From positions 37,448,001 to 37,512,000 of the forward strand of contig OZ249436.1 of assembly GCA_965235115.1 (NCBI GenBank): a stretch of 64,000 bases of DNA, in the 5' to 3' direction. The stretch's first letter is position 1; the number at the start of each line of letters is the position of its first letter. Below are positions 48,501 through 62,688 of this stretch, piece after piece. Made by a program: the position numbers and the translations under genes. The DNA comes from Laetmonice hystrix. Lineage: Eukaryota. A model generated the notes under the pieces. The model saw nothing but the letters and a program-made list of their open reading frames with translations, ran no database searches and was not told where the DNA came from.

Positions 48501-51500
48501 ATGAATTTCCCTCAAATAATTTATCTTCCTTCGTGCATTGACTGATTGTCCCAAAGTGGTCAAAACAAGTTCTAAATCAACATCTGAACCAATAAATAAA
48601 ATATTTTGCAACAATTCCTTTACTACGAATTTTGATGCTATATAGTGGCAAATAGTACCGACAACATTGTCTCAGTCAGACAGTCGATGTTTCTGGGTGG
48701 CTTAATTAAGCAGAAAGCACCAAGTCATATGAGGGTATCCTTCAAACAAATGCAGAGACTGGGGACCAGGAAAGCGATGTGGACTGCCGATATAGTGTCA
48801 ATGTAAACAGTACTTTGAGTCACGGCACGTTCACAATGTGCAGGACACCAAAAGATTACGGGCTTGGCACTTGTCGAGGGAATATCCCAAAAGAAACTGC
48901 CGCTATGGGACAAGAAATGCCACCGAAGGAGACAGCAATAAAAGACATCTTTAGGCAGGCGGGGGTTTGGCAACACAATCTGTGTGGCAATTATTGTGCC
49001 CATAAGAGCAGCAATATAAGGAATCTGACCCACTATTAGTCTTGTGTGCCGTCACAATCCTTGCTCGAGTGTAGCTCGGCGGCCGTGACATCCACCCCAA
49101 TCGAAACACAATTACGCCAGCGGTAGCGCCCGTGATCCAATGTGGCCAATCATGAGCTGCGAAAACATGCGACATTGTTTGAACAGCCAAAAGTACTTAC
49201 GGGTCCCCCTGCAAGCCCGCGAGGGACTCGGCGCATGACAGACGCAGGATAAATACAAAAATATTACAGGAACCGCCCTGAACTACAAGGATTTCCTCTA
49301 GTGAAACAGCAAGCTTGTTTGCTCATACCATTCCAAAACACACCTTATTCTTGCTCGCGACGGCTGCTTTTGTTTCCTCAGAAGCAAAGAGTCTTTCTGT
49401 CCACCGCAGCATTTCGGCTTTTAGGCTACTGCCATCCTAAGCTTCACCCTCCCATCCTATGCCAGGCTGGAAATGAACTAAATTACAAGTCACAAGTCAT
49501 CGGGCTTCCAGGAACCCCAGTCCTGAAGGACATTTCTTAATCCTTCTTTGAAGCAGAGAAAAGTTTTGATAGGTGACGGGTTCATATTAGTTCTGTGAGG
49601 AGACAGCATTCGCCAGTATGGAACTGCTGTCATTCTCAGGGTTCAATAGGTTACTGAAGGTTTACAATAGTTGATTGATTAACGTTGGGAATGGTCACTC
49701 CAACGACAGCCAACCTCGTCCACAAGTCCGCTTCCTGGAGCAGGAAGTTAAACAATCTTCAAAATCGGACTCCAGCAATTCAAAAACGATCGTGCTGTCG
49801 CAGCTGTTCCATTGTTTGTAAAGGTTCCTGAAAATTGATGGTAATGAAAAGTTACTCGACCTCTTATAAATTTTAAAGAATTTGTACCCAATAACTCCGG
49901 AACTATTTGTGTCTGTACATCTTGGCGAGCGGCGTGCATTCGCAACAACTATGTAGATACGGGACCTCAGTCATTTGAGATAATTGGTTTCAAATGACTC
50001 ATACACCTTCGAGTAAGAAGATTTGAAGTCGTAGTTGTTTGATTCATATTTTAAACGGGGTTTAAACGCCCGTTCACCAATAGATCGTAAATGAGACAAT
50101 TTAATTTTTAGGTTCGAACGCCTGTGGTACTTTTGAATCCGTGTACAGTAAATAGTACAGCTATAATCTACGTGAATTTATAGTTCCGTCTTTCTTTTCT
50201 TTCCCAGATATCTTGCATTCAATACATTACGGTAACCTAGCTATTAACTATACCCTTTATGTGAGATGAAACATAGACCAACTGTCATATAAACGCCCCC
50301 AAGGACCCTTACCGGCTCCCACCATCTGCTACGTGTGCCCCTTGAACTGCTTCAAGGGCTCTTTTTTAAATTCATTAATGAAGCGCAGGATTCCACCTGA
50401 CTCAGGGCAGTTTCCAATGCCCCCCTCGCGTAATGTACTCGTAAAATTCCATAATATGTCGTGTGACCTGCTGCCGATTGATTATGCCTTATTGATCTCC
50501 TATTGATCAGGCAGTGAACGCCACGCTAATCCGTCAGATGTCAGATCGATGACCGTACCCAGAGTGGGACAGTGCCCAAGACTTTTCCGATACTGTCCCC
50601 GCTCTCTCCTTCTCAAGCAACCAACCTCATCCTTTTGCACGTCTAAGCCGTTACCTACAAAGCCAGAACGAATGGAATATCGCTGGCCGAACGTAACTAA
50701 GCATGTATCTGCCAGGAGCAATAAAACAAAAGACAAAGTTCTTGTCGCAGATAATTATCTGACGGGTGTCGCCTCCCACATCAGTTCACACTGCAGCGCC
50801 ATCGTTGCTACTAGTCAGACCTCAGAAGACATTGATCGAAACATCCTAATTTGTACTTATCGTTTTCTGAGGACACCCACGTTTGGAGAGAATTCGTGTC
50901 GGTGCAGGCTTTAACAACAGTGCACATGCTCGAATGGCTTAATGACAAAGCGATTTGGGACACTCTCTTTTTTTATGTCTTCTGTGGCGCAAGAATTTCG
51001 CCACCATCTTAGGAGTGGGGTTGTTTGGAGACGTAACAACCAGGTGGACACTCCATGTCTGGGGGATGAGCAGTGAGACAAGATAGTAGCCCCAGGAGGG
51101 TAGAGTCAGCGGCAGACGGTGCGTCCCAAGGCTGCCCGCTCCATCAGCTCATGCCTCAGTGAATGCAGTTCTGGAAGATCATCATTATCCCTTGATCACA
51201 GAATCACTAAGATTTAAGATAATGGCAGGGCTTCATCGTCAAATACCGGTAGGGAACAAGCTCTCCAATCAGCCAACACCACCGCAGATGTACCCAGCCA
51301 AATATAAGAGGCAACAAAGTGATACTCATTAATATAAAACAAAAACAATTTTGGTTGCTCTCATGACATCAATTCCTTGGAAAGCTATAAACATACCAAG
51401 CGCTACTTACGTGGATATGAAATCAAAAATCCTTTATGTCTGAAAGGGGGGAGGGTTGATTGATATAAATGCAGTGTTGATTGTTTTGTCAGGAAGGAAA

Positions 51501-54500
51501 TAGTCAAGTGTTGTCCCCTTGCCCACTGCCCATACATGTCGCCATCCCCCATCTGTGTCCGCCGATGGCCCAGTGTTAAATTTTGATAGCAAAGCCCGTG
51601 AACCCTTGGCAAATGTCTTTGGCAGATGATCCATCAATTATGACTAAGTCGGATACTCTGCAGGACGCAGTGACTGTCATTACCCCTATGGGTTAGGGCG
51701 ACACCACTCTAGGCCAGGCGGTAAATTCCCCCAGGGGTAGTCCAGCCACGGACTTTATTGGAATTGGGACCGCGGCTGGCTTTTGGTAATTGTGGTGACA
51801 AAAGTCATGCTATAAATCACGCCGAGAATTGGTGGAGAAGGGGCTTTGTAATGGGACAGTCAATGTGAAAGTCGTAGAAAATAGCTTTATTGTCCCGTGC
51901 ACACGCTCACCTGGGAATGGGGAGGGGAAACTGCAGAAAGATCCACACCAAACTGCAGCTAACAATCATAGCCAACAGGGTAACGGAACAATGCCCTTCA
52001 TTCAAAATAAGAACGTTTTTCTCAATAAGTTTGACATATTTGTGACATGTCTAATCAAGCAAGCTTGCTGTAGGAGCAGGTGAGTGAGTGAGGACGTCTA
52101 GTTCCTGGACTTCAGTGATGGAATTTGGGCAGTTTCTACATAGGTTGAAGTTGCCTCAGCCAGAAAGGCATAATTCCAGACTCAACATTGTATTATGACG
52201 ATTGGATACAGAAGACAACTCATTCAGAGAGTAACACATTTACGATCTCCAAGAAGAGTGAAATGGAGGTTATTTTGTGAAAGATGCCTACGGTCCTGTA
52301 ACGGTTGAACAGAAAAGTCCCTGGGAACGGCTCCCACTACTCCTGCATGGTCAAACTGTTGACCAGGACATCCGATCCTGCCAGCCTGAACAGATGTGCT
52401 GGACTTACATAAAGCTTGGACATTGGGTCCAGGAGTGCCGGATGGTGGGGAAGGGCGTGGGGTGTGGGTGGGGTGGGGGTCTGGTTTTGAGGTGGTGGCC
52501 TGACACGCGTATGCTGGCACTCGTATGTTGCGGCCGCCGATGCCAGCTGGCCCCCGCAGCCCGCTGACCTTCATGGCGACCCCCTTGCCGCCCCCGGCCC
52601 CTCCTGGATCTGATCCCTGCCTCGTGCCCTACCCCCAGCTCCCACCCCGTCCACCCCTGGCCCAGCCGGCCCTGGCATCCCGTTACCAGCCTCCGAGAGG
52701 CGTTTCGCAGACCCCATTGCCGTGTATGGTTCAGTGGCCAAGCAGGGTCCAGAGGACCTTCGGTTCAAAGGGTGGCGACCCTACATAATCCAGTCCGGGT
52801 CCGGCGCTGGCGGTGCTAAGTCAACAATCAGATGGTCTCCTCCAGCCGGAACACAGCCTGCCCCTGTCCATCTGTCCAACGCTCCTGCAGCCCACGGGGC
52901 CTGGATAACGTTTCGGCATCTTCTCTGTGGCACTTGACGATAGGCCTGCATCTCTGGCCTTCTGTAGTGTCCAGCATGAGAGTCAGAGTTCACAGAGATA
53001 GTTGACATACACAAAAAACACTCAAGCCACACGACCACGCCTGCAGTCTAAGCCGCGGTGGACAGCATGACTATCTTGTCTATTTTTTTTGTAAACCAAC
53101 ACTGATGATTATCTGATGCATGTCAATTTTTTTGGAAAGCTAAAACTGTGGTCCTTTGTTAGATTCAGACAGCTGATGTAATGTCGCTTGTAAAGACGAT
53201 ATGACACAATGCACCCCCTCTTGGACCTGCAATAAGCTTAATCTACGAAAAATCCCTTTACACTTGACGTGGACTTCTTCCAGTGATCCAACTAAGTTAT
53301 CTTGACAGTGGGTACAATTTTTAAGCTCTTTTCTTGAATTCCACCGTGAAGTCCCCAGAGTTATTGGGTACATCGATCACATGCCCTCGACCCACAACGG
53401 TGCCTCCCTGTACGTCCAGGGCCTCGTGAATGTCTTCTATCTAGTGAGACATACAGGCCTTTGTTATACCTTGGGTACCTGGCTGGGATGAGCACACCCT
53501 ACAACTCTGCACTGTGAGATGTGGCCCTAGCTCGTTCATCAAAGGGACATATGCTCACCCGGGGCCGTCCGAAGGGCACCATGCCCCTGGTCTGGTCAGC
53601 CATATGCTCCCAGCCGTCACTCACCTTCTGACCGACACTGACCAGGTGAGAACGGTCACTTACTGTCCAGAACAGGTCCTACTAAAGCTCGGCTGCCATC
53701 GACCGAAGGGCTTGCTTCTATTTTTTTCTAAGCGTTAACAGAATTATTTAGCTAATTATGACCCTTCTTTCACAAGTGTGACAATTGTGCTTCAGGCCAG
53801 GCGACTTTCAATAGGTCATTAACGTCCTTGGTGAAGTAAGCAATGGGTTTATAAAAAAATAATGACTAGAGTTCCTTCTGGATCGCAAATAAATAATAGT
53901 TCAATGAAGAGGGAAGAAGAAGTAAAAGAGGGAAGGTAGAAGTTCTTTAAAACATCCAGACATGTCCTGAGCGTGTCCTTTTGAAGGACACAAACATAAA
54001 CTGCGAGGCCTTCTGTTCACGTCCCACCGACTAACAGGTTTTGGTTTGAAGTAACTTGTAGAATTTTCAACTTTTTTAAACTCCTGTATAAGTATAGAAG
54101 GTAGTGGCCAACTTAGCAACAGACGCGAAGAAAGTTGGAATGTCTGTAAGTGACGGTGGGTCACAGATAAGCTGAGGTTACCCCTGATGGCTACACAGCC
54201 GTACATCCTCAGGAGAGCCAGGTATGCGATTACCATGTAGGCTCTACTTGTGATGTCCATGGCCCAGAGACAACCCCGGTCCAGCCCGGTAGGCCGCCCG
54301 CTCGGCAGCCCGCCAGCCCTGCGCCGGGACCTTCCGTCTACAACCGCTGCTCCACGCCATGATGAAGAGCCTGACGTGTTGGACAACATGTTGCGCTCAT
54401 CTAAACGCCATCAGGCCGCAGTCGAGGTTTGTTGCCGAGCCTGTTCACATTGCCGTTTACACGGGTAGACACCTTCCTACTCACACAACCAACACCGAGG

Positions 54501-57019
54501 CCGTTTGCTTCATTCATTCAAAGTTCGCAAGTGTTTTATCTAGGGCCAACAACCCCTGCTCGCCTCCTCCTTGGATCACTAAAAATCTAAAGTCTCTGTC
54601 CTCTGGACAGCGTGACTTCTGAAAGGTGACCTCAGCGAATCCACTTGGTGTGTATTTATATAGAAGGGCCTCATAATATACCGGCATTTCTCTTTTACAG
54701 CGCCATTATGGAATGTTCAGTAACATCAGTGTTTTGAGTGGAAATGACAGCTTAGCAGAAGTTCTACCACATCCCTGTATTAGAATATTCTTGTGTTTGC
54801 ATTCCTCTTTACACTTTGACAACTTCTTGTGAAATGTTTCCAACATACACTGTGAGAAACTGGACGCCATAATTTATCAAGGCGTTGTAGATTCCAACAC
54901 TAGACCTCAAAATGTCTTTTTGAAATTAACTTCATTCTTGGCCTCTCCTTGGGGGGGGGGGGGGTGTTAGTAAGACCGTGAAGTTTTATACATGTATCAT
55001 TTGAATTCATATGAAAAACTGCAGTACAATAGTACAATTCCAATTTTTACAAACCCAAAGAACTCAAAGTGAAACCTATCACCATCGTCCATAATTTAGG
55101 AGTATAAGGAATATAACATTCTTTATACTGTATTGACTGTAATACATGTGAATACGACCTTCACAACCCAAAATCTTTGACCTTGACCCAATAAGGTCCT
55201 GGAATGTTTGAGGAGCTCCTCGGCCCATCCAGACAGGCTCTTGCATAAAAAGCACCCCAGACAACCAGGCAAAGTGGAGCACAGTCCGACGCAATAATCT
55301 ATATGGGTCCTGCCATTTACTAACGACAGTCTCTTCAGCGGGTTGACCCAAAAAGAACGGCCAAATATAGCACAGAAATTATAACTACGTTCCAATTATC
55401 GGCATGAGCGCTTTCCTCTTCAAAGGCGACTTGACACTCTTTTCTAAGTGTCAAATTTCCCAGGTATGCTTTGTACGAAAGATGACAGAACATTGTTCAA
55501 GCAGTGTAATACTTCTGTCATGTTTTGGCTATGTCAGCAGCAGTGGTCGGCATTGGATAGCGGGCGGCACGTGTGCCCATCTGCCTCGCAGTGAGCAGAC
55601 GACTGGAGGGAAGCAAGCATATGGCCCCAGTGTATTGCTGACGCGTCACAGGTATGGCGCTCCAGGCTCACCAACTTCAGACATGTACTGCCATCTAGTG
55701 TGCAGCCCCATTATACGTGCCAGCTTAACGTCGGTCTAGCGCTCCCATCGGATTGTAATGGGAGTACCAGCGGTAGTACAATTTGCTAGGGATGAATGAT
55801 AGGATGTGTGTGAGGAGGGAAGGGAGAGGGGTTAGTTGGGGGTTGGGGTGGGGGTAAGTATACAGAAACTTGGGAAACTGGTAGCACGCTTTGCTAAACT
55901 CCACCTACATGTACGTACATATGTACTTAAAATATGGATACATTCTGTGCATGGGTGCGTAGATGTGCGTTATCTATCAAGGTACATTGTGTTCTTTTTA
56001 GGTTCTGGACGTTACCACATTATAATTCAAGATAAACAGTAGCAAAAACTTAATGAATGAGATTTTTGTTATTCAAAAGCACAAAGCAGCTCCGTAGGAA
56101 CCCTCTTTACTGCGAACTATTTATTTATTTGTAAGATAACAAAACATTACACCTTAAGGTTTTTCCCCCAAAAATTAATTTGGAAGGTCTTTTATAGTAT
56201 TGAGAAAAAAAAGTGTCGTTGTCCAGCTTGGAAGTCGTTAAACATGAAAAAGTAACTACTTTATCGGTGTAATAATGTGTTATTAAAACCTTTGTAATAC
56301 CTTACTCGTAATTCGTTTATTTTTGCACTAAATTAGGAAACAATAGGCTGCTCCTTCACTTTTACATTTATGTTGCGTGACTCTGACAGGTCTGTACAAC
56401 GACTTGGTGATTTACACAAGGGCTTGGGAAGACACCCCAAATAACTTAAAGTAAAAACTTCACCGGCATTCGCCCACGGCAACCCTCCGGTAAGAGAAGA
56501 ACTTTGAGGGTCATATGTTTGTGGTCACACTTCATACCCGGTTGAGTCTTTTTTTCTGACCATGCCTTTGTCAACAGACGAAAGCATCTGCTCTACAGAT
56601 GCTAACCCAAAAAAACAAAAACAAAAACAGGAATGTTTGTTATTCCATTGAAGGTCTGAATATGTGCTGCCTGTAGGTTTCTCTTTTAAACATATGTTTC
56701 TGCTATTTTCGTCCTACACAACTGTTGATACTTCCGAAGGCAAAACCACTGATATTCATGCTTTCTGGTGAAGTAAAAACTTAACATGTAAACTTCATGG
56801 CAATCTAGAACTGATGGGAGTTTCGAGCGACACTGATATGCAACATGTATGAAAACATGATTATGATATATACCTATATAGATAAAAGAGGCGTGGATCG
56901 CCCGTGCGATTTGCAATTGTAGGCACTATATTACTTTATCTCCAGGCAGCCGGTAGCCACATTTAGTATCCAGGGGCAATATTTCATATCAATGGACAAA
57001 CCCATCCAGCCACAGACTT

Positions 57020-57080
57020 CTACTACTATTACTACGGCAACTACTAGCGCTGCCGCTGCTAGCTGCTAATGCTACTACGG
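57020..57080. repeat. Degenerate CTA/GCT trinucleotide low-complexity tract
   Basis: acttctactactattactacggcaactactagcgctgccgctgctagctgctaatgctact. Confidence 0.6.
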
Positions 57081-58050
57081 GGCATGCCCTTGCTACGTTG
57101 GCTGTACAAGCTGCCTACTATGTGGCTACAACGCCATACCTTTGCACCAAGGCTCCATCAGTCAGGTATGTTTATATATAGCCAAGTCTACTACAAGACC
57201 TTACAACTGGGTAACTACACTACGAGTGCCAGCCCAACCCCAGAAAGTGAGGTTGGTGGTTTGAGGGTTAAGGGGGTTGGACAGAGTTGTCTTGGGATCA
57301 CCCCCGCGGGAGGGCGAGCGATCAGAGGAACGGGGCGGGAGGACAAGTAGGAGCAGGAGGATGAGGGGGAGGGCACAACTCAGCCAGCGACTAACCGCGG
57401 GAATTTATAGTTAGCGTTTGCCAGTTTCTCTTGCCAGTACACCTGACTTGAGAAGTCATGAGGAACCAGTACTTCATCACTCGTCTGAAGTTAGGCCACC
57501 GGGCAGGACTCTGACCGTGTTTGCATTCACATGCATATATTATCATTCCTCCCATATCACCTTACGTTGTCTGTCTACTTTGGTCTTGACAAAATATGGG
57601 ACGTGACTGAATATTTCGCAGCTCCTCCACTATATACTTGTTTCATCGTAGCAAAAAAAACAGGATCTGCCTATAGTAATTCGAACCAGAGGTGCGGTAC
57701 GTCGCCCTTCCTTTTTTAACCAACGTGGCTGCGTTTTATACTTCTACTAAATTTACCGTTGCCTTTGCTTACCACTCGACTACACTGGAATTTTTTTTTG
57801 TCTGCGAAAATAAATCTATGTGTGTCAGTAAAGCCGATTTTACTACAATTTATCTTGTTGCAAAGTCTGCCACCAACGCACGGTGAGAAATCTTCCCATT
57901 ATAAATACTGCTGCTTGACAGGTTTCATCATCAACATTATACAGGTCAACTTCAGAACTCACACTCATCAATATCTTTCTCCGGTGGCGGCAAGTTTTTC
58001 ATGATCTCACTGATGCTAACCCAAACGTCTACATTAATAGTACAGTAACT

Positions 58051-58072
58051 GGGGGGGGGGGGGGGGGGGGGG
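58051..58072 (+). repeat. G22 homopolymer, the longest of about 23 G/C runs of 10 or more, followed by (CAGAA)3
   Basis: Seen directly. Confidence 0.95.
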
Positions 58073-61000
58073 CACAACAGAACAGAACAGAACCAAGTGA
58101 CAATTATGCAGCTATGACCTGCACTCTGCATTCAACTTTCCTCTTGTCAGCAACGGCTATAAAGTCCCACATTTATAGACTAATTACCCCGATTGTTACA
58201 TCATAAACCGAGATGCGTGATTCAAGCTCCGACCCTGTAAGTTGTGTGTTGAGATGTCAATTGAGGTGTTCTGCTTGTGTTCAGAGGTCGCTGGGGTCTC
58301 ACATTTGTTGAGAGGTTGCGGAGATCCGGCACGACTCTATCTGAGTGAAAAGATCAAGGGGTCTCTTAAGACCTTTTTTCTGATTTTGCTTTGAGATTAG
58401 ACACATAAATTGATTCTTGCTCCTTTATTTCCCCACGTACCAACCCACACACCCCACCTCCACACCCTTACATTAAACAAACAAAAAAACTAACATCATA
58501 CTACCCCCAGTTTCTCCTGAATCGACTGAATCTTTCATGACTGTCAATTTAACTCTGCGTTGATGGGCACCGCAGATAAAGAAGCCAAATTCCAGAACGG
58601 GGACCACATACCACTGTATGGAATGCCATTGGCCCTTCCTTGGGCAGACTTTTTTTCCCGCCTTTTCTGGTTTACATTTGTAATAATCAAGCTTATCTGA
58701 CACGATAAGCTAACCTTTGATCAAACCTTTCAGTTTTAATGTTTATTACAATCAGGTGTGTTAAAATCTGTCTTTACCTCTTATATCTTTATTCCCAGGA
58801 CTAAGTATATTCAGTATTCCAACTCGCTGATTCGGATTGAGACACTATCCTAAGTTGCTTCACGCCTAACGCTTTTTAATACCAACATGGCATCACGGAA
58901 TCAGCAGTTTTCTTTACGTTTCCCTTTTTGAAAATGAATGTCTTGGCTCGAATTGTTTTTATGGCCTATTCTTTAACCTAGCCAATGCCTTCACCAAGGG
59001 ACTGTAATCAAGCTATAATTAACCCGAAAAAAAGGTAGGGATGAACAGGAACCTCTCGTGTTTACTTTTAATTAAGAGAAAGCCTGACGATTAGTTAACA
59101 CTGTTCCGGACACCTATAAACAGCATTATCTAATTGTTTGGAATATGAACGTATCCCAGCACGTAGCCTCCCAGACAACCTATAGTCTGACCTACCGTCG
59201 GCGAGGTTGGTATGAGAGACACACACAAAGCTGGCGTTTCCACGACTAATTTCACGGCCCAGACAAAACGTCATAAAAAGCTTTTTATCCATACATTAGA
59301 ATGTTCTACAACGTTTATTAAACGTTCTATGCTAGCTGACCAAATACTGACTGAGACAGGAGCCACGAACGATTTATAAACTGCCCCAGGTCCTCTAGGT
59401 GAGCGAAATTCGCGTTACTGAGGATTCACCATGTGTGCGTGTGCGCAAGGCCGGGGGTGGGGGGTGTCGAGCTGAACATTGCGTTTGCGAGGTTCATTTC
59501 AGGGTAAAATGTTGTCGCCCTTTCTGCTGCAGATATATGGTCAGCAAAAGTAATTTGTAAGGTGGGGGTTAGGGCGTTGGAGGTGCGGTTGGTTGGTTGT
59601 GGTGTTGCAGAGTTCCTGTTATAACGTAGACTCCCTTGTCCTTGAAATCTATACCTGCATGACGTTTGTTGCCGTGTTGTATCCAATCCATGATGGGGGG
59701 GGGGAGACTTCACAAGATATATTGCATTCTACATAAATGGCACAAATGGCAACATGTCGTAATGGCGGGCACGGTACGCTAACATGTAGATTGGTTGGGT
59801 GGGGGCTGAGGCTGGGACTGGGGTGCCGGGGGGGGGGGTATTGCCTCGACAGGTCACCAGGCCTATTAACATGGCATTGGAGGGAAATGACGATTACCAT
59901 GGTTTCCAACATGAAATGGCATGTCCTGGAACATTATTATACAAATAAGCTTGTATTGTAAACCATGTCATGCCAGCATCAGCCATTTCCATCCTGAGTT
60001 ACTGCATGCAGTTGGGGTACTGCAGCATTAATGTACACCACAACACAAGTGCATTTCCTTTCCAATATTTCACTCTGGGAAACTTTGTTGGTTGCTTATG
60101 TCTCCATATTCTATACGTCAAACATTCGAAACTTTTTCTCAAGTCAGAAACACATCCCTTGATCCCTTCTTTCAGACCAATGTCTTCTTCGCTCGTTTAG
60201 TTCTTCCAGGAGGATTTGGGTTTGCGTTAACGGCGGATGTCATCTCAAGCTTCTTGCACTTTCCATCAGCCTGTCTGTTACGCCGGGATAAGCTTTACTT
60301 GACCAGGAACCCTCGTCGCTGGCTTAACATTTGCACAAGTTCATCATTGCCAAGATTCTCGTGTTGGATGGCCATTTCCTGTTGACACGGCAACCCTCAG
60401 TCCCAGAGTTCCCTGCCTGATTACCTCGGAGCGCAGAGAGAATCTGGTTTCACTTTGCTATAAATCACGGGCCATTCGGCGGCCTGAACCTGTCTGCACA
60501 GACAAAGTGAGTGCCGTCCCTGCAGACAATCCCTGCTGTAATAACCTGCAGGTGGACAAGAGTGAGAAAGTCTCCCCGGGGGATCCTGCCTGCACACCAT
60601 GGCCCGGTGTGGCTACTGTTGACCACACTTGGACACCTCCACATACATATTTCACCTATGACATCCTGTCGCCCTGCTTGAGCACTGAGAGATGAAGTGG
60701 AAAATAAATGTTTCCCCGAGGTGTGAGACCTTAAGCTGTGCGCACATGGCGCCACTGCCCGGAATGACCAAACAGCCGCACCTCATTTAGCTATACCTCA
60801 TTTTTTCCGATCTGTAAGCCCTTGGTCGTACCCAGGAGGGGACACTGTGGCATAGGTCAGGAGGGACAAATCTAGGATTCGTTATTCCCTTTTCCCCACA
60901 CCGGCAATTACCCAACTGGCTATCCGAGGGCTGGGACCGACTCTCTGTCCATGTGGGATGTAAAGCCAGTCGCTCCTAGCCGACACAGACCCGTCATTGC

Positions 61001-62656
61001 ACAAAGGTTACTTCCCAACTGTCCTCAGCTTAATGAAGATGCTGCATGAAGGTGGCGAAGGAGGAAAAGGTGTGGAGTTATAAAGATGGCCATCTGGGTT
61101 GATGGATCGCGGCACACACTTTCAACGCTCCCTCTGTGCCCTGTAGCTCTCGCTGCTCATCTCCAAACTTCTACCAGCTTCCAGACCACTTTATAATACT
61201 CAGACTACCCCCCCCCCCGTCCCTTCACCTCCAACTGACAAATACAGACACGGAAAATCCTTACATGACTCTATACTCTTGGCGACAACATACACTACTC
61301 CCAAACAAAAGTGATGCAAATGATCAACAGAAAATGAGTAAGAAAACATCCTAATTTAGTTCCTATTATAGACAAGAACAGGACAAACAACCGAAACAAT
61401 ATTTCTGCCGTTTGTATGCACCTTCTTGTGAATGCAGAAGAGGCTCATCGAGAACAGAAATAGAACGGATAATAGCATTAACAGCTGTTGATTCAATGTG
61501 TACCTTAGCAATCTGCAACAGCCATGTTATATTCACTGCTGATGCAGTACCACTCAGTCTCTGACTTTGAGGGAGTGACAAAAGTTTGCGTCTCTATTTT
61601 TTTCTCTCTCTCTATCTTTCTCAAGGTCAGCCACTCCATCCGGGTGCGCATTGCCTTGAGGTATATGACAAGGATGGCTGCCAAAGTGAATGAGAGTATC
61701 TCCCAGAATAGTATGCACCCTTCCCGCTACACTTTGGCGAGCCAGTCTGGCTCTCACAAGTACCAGGATACACAGGCAAACACAGACCGGTACATGAAGA
61801 CAGGCTGGAGTTTGTCGCTCTCGTTAATCTTCCCTTCCTCCCCGCCGCATTCCTAATACATCTTTGTAGATCTCTTGGTCTACAGGTAAGGGAAAGCTGT
61901 TCACCTTGTCGACTCCTCATACGTAAGGTTATACATATTAGGGGCGGATCGAGGGATCCAGAGAAAAGCTGACACAAGGGGGTCCAAAAGGAAAAGCTGG
62001 CAAAAGGGGGGCTAAAATGGAAAGCTAACAAAAAAAGGCCCAACAGGACAGCCAGGACAGCTGTTCTAGCTTTTAAATATGGGGATGGGTCCTCTATTGG
62101 ATCCAGCCCGTGCCGACTTGAGTTCTTGCAGGTCTTGCACTTCGATTTGTTTGACCAGTCTGAGTGACCACGTTATTATGGCTTTGGGTACTCTTGAGGC
62201 GTGTAACACCAACAAACAACAGAAAACATGCTGTGAGAACAGTGTTTGTTCTCATTCTGGAGGCATAGTATTTTATCTAGTGTCATACTCATAAAGACTT
62301 GAGAAAGACGCCACTCATCACTCACTCATAGCTGGCTTCAAGCAAGCAGCTGTCCCGATAACGAAAAGGTCACCAAATACTCGTGCGGACTTCCTGGACT
62401 GTCCACAGGGGGACGGACCTCCGACCGTGGGAAGAACTCATGGTCCAGTGCTGGTATAACCTCCTGGGACTGACACACAAGTCGAGTAGTCGGTACTCAC
62501 AAGCGGACATTTCCAGGTGGCTCTCTTCAGCCCGATACCAAGTGGACACCGATTCCGTGTCTGTAAGCCGGAGGTTTAGCTACTCTTAGTATAGGGCATG
62601 GGGCTAACTACTGACGTCGGTAAATTGGGCCCTGGGGTCCTGGACCGCAATAAAAA

Positions 62657-62688
<32 letters not shown>

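Noticed and set aside
49130-49260. Two CCAAT boxes plus a minus-strand GTAAGT donor (possible first exon MRRVPRGLAGGP)
   Set aside because: The CCAAT boxes lie on the wrong side for a minus-strand TSS, and the phase-0 end would not join the phase-1 acceptor at 39864.
62090-62180. Minus-strand KCKTCKNSSRHG as the missing basonuclin Cys exon
   Set aside because: Spacing and residues do not fit CxxCxHGW, there are upstream stops, and no suitable donor.
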